Source: a virus. Taken from it: a stretch of DNA of 5,276 nucleotides. This document shows positions 5,129 through 5,276 of this stretch, one piece after another. The stretch lies in IMG/VR virus record IMGVR_UViG_3300045988_121362, positions 1 to 5,276 of that record; one strand, given 5' to 3'. Position 1 is the first letter of the stretch; the number at the start of each line of letters is the position of its first letter. A program made the translations under genes and the position numbers. The notes below the pieces were generated by a model. The model was not told where the DNA came from. It did not search any database and saw only the letters and a list, made by a program, of their open reading frames with translations.

Positions 5129-5276
5129 TCACTTAGAAAAATAACTAGCAATGCTAGAAAACAAACGATTACCAGCACGGGCAAGAGTATTCCAAGGCAG
5201 ACCGTCATCAGACAATCCAAGATTTTTGTAGTCAGAATTACGAGAAGTCTTATAATCATAGTCAGCCTTAGCAACA
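5129..5276 (-). CDS. VP2: VP2 C-terminal end, duplicated by the window overlap. It ends ...GLPWNTLARAGNRLFSSIASYFSK* with a TGA stop at 5131..5129.
   Basis: The '-' frame is continuous with 1..746 through the junction, since window position 1 equals 5184. The stop codon is revcomp 'tca' at 5129-5131. Confidence 0.75.
   Translation of the reverse strand, partial: VAKADYDYKTSRNSDYKNLGLSDDGLPWNTLARAGNRLFSSIASYFSK
5184..5276. repeat. Second copy of the 93-nt terminal redundancy. It is identical to 1..93.
   Basis: Exact 93/93 identity with the window start. Window length 5276 equals 5183 plus 93. Confidence 0.95.

Noticed and set aside
5119-5274. N-terminal 52-codon extension of the 141-aa track ORF (MLRLTMIIRLLVILTT...).
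   Set aside because: It overlaps the VP2 C-terminus in another frame, is hydrophobic low-complexity, and has no RBS. The internal ATG at 5118 has a GAGGTG site right after the VP2 stop, so the real gene is 4849..5118.
1-5276. Prophage, IS element or CRISPR content.
   Set aside because: There are no host flanks, integrase, attachment-site-like direct repeats other than the circular overlap, or spacer-repeat arrays. The sequence is a free circular phage genome.

Overview
The window holds one complete circular Microviridae genome of the gokushovirus type, unit length 5183 nt. It is given as the reverse complement of the usual orientation, so all genes read on the '-' strand. The last 93 nt (5184..5276) repeat nt 1..93 exactly, so the window overlaps itself by 93 nt and one gene (VP2) is split across the window ends. 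Seven genes are supported on the '-' strand, five with a Shine-Dalgarno-like site 5-9 nt upstream (weak for VP4, not assessed for X89). VP1 (562 aa) is the major capsid protein, with a gokushovirus-type N-terminus. VP2 (266 aa) is the Gly/Ala-rich pilot or minor capsid protein. It is followed by an 89-aa protein with an N-terminal hydrophobic helix (X89), a 37-aa Arg/Lys-rich protein that the >=60-aa ORF track missed, VP4 (the rolling-circle initiator, with the two-Tyr YVAKY motif, an HxH motif and a Cys cluster), a 93-aa protein of unknown function (Y93), and VP3 (internal scaffolding protein, with the ECDI...YGD...LPSSVR..FGNDP pattern). Two non-coding regions carry strong secondary structure. 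One is a perfect 19-bp inverted repeat between VP3 and VP1. The other is a 235-nt region between Y93 and VP3 with several hairpins, and is the best candidate for an origin or packaging element. Two points stand out. VP3 lies away from the VP1-VP2 block, and the slot where VP3 normally sits is occupied by X89, a small membrane-type protein that is a candidate lysis or membrane factor. There is no CRISPR array, tRNA, rRNA or IS element. All '+'-strand ORFs in the track are antisense artefacts.
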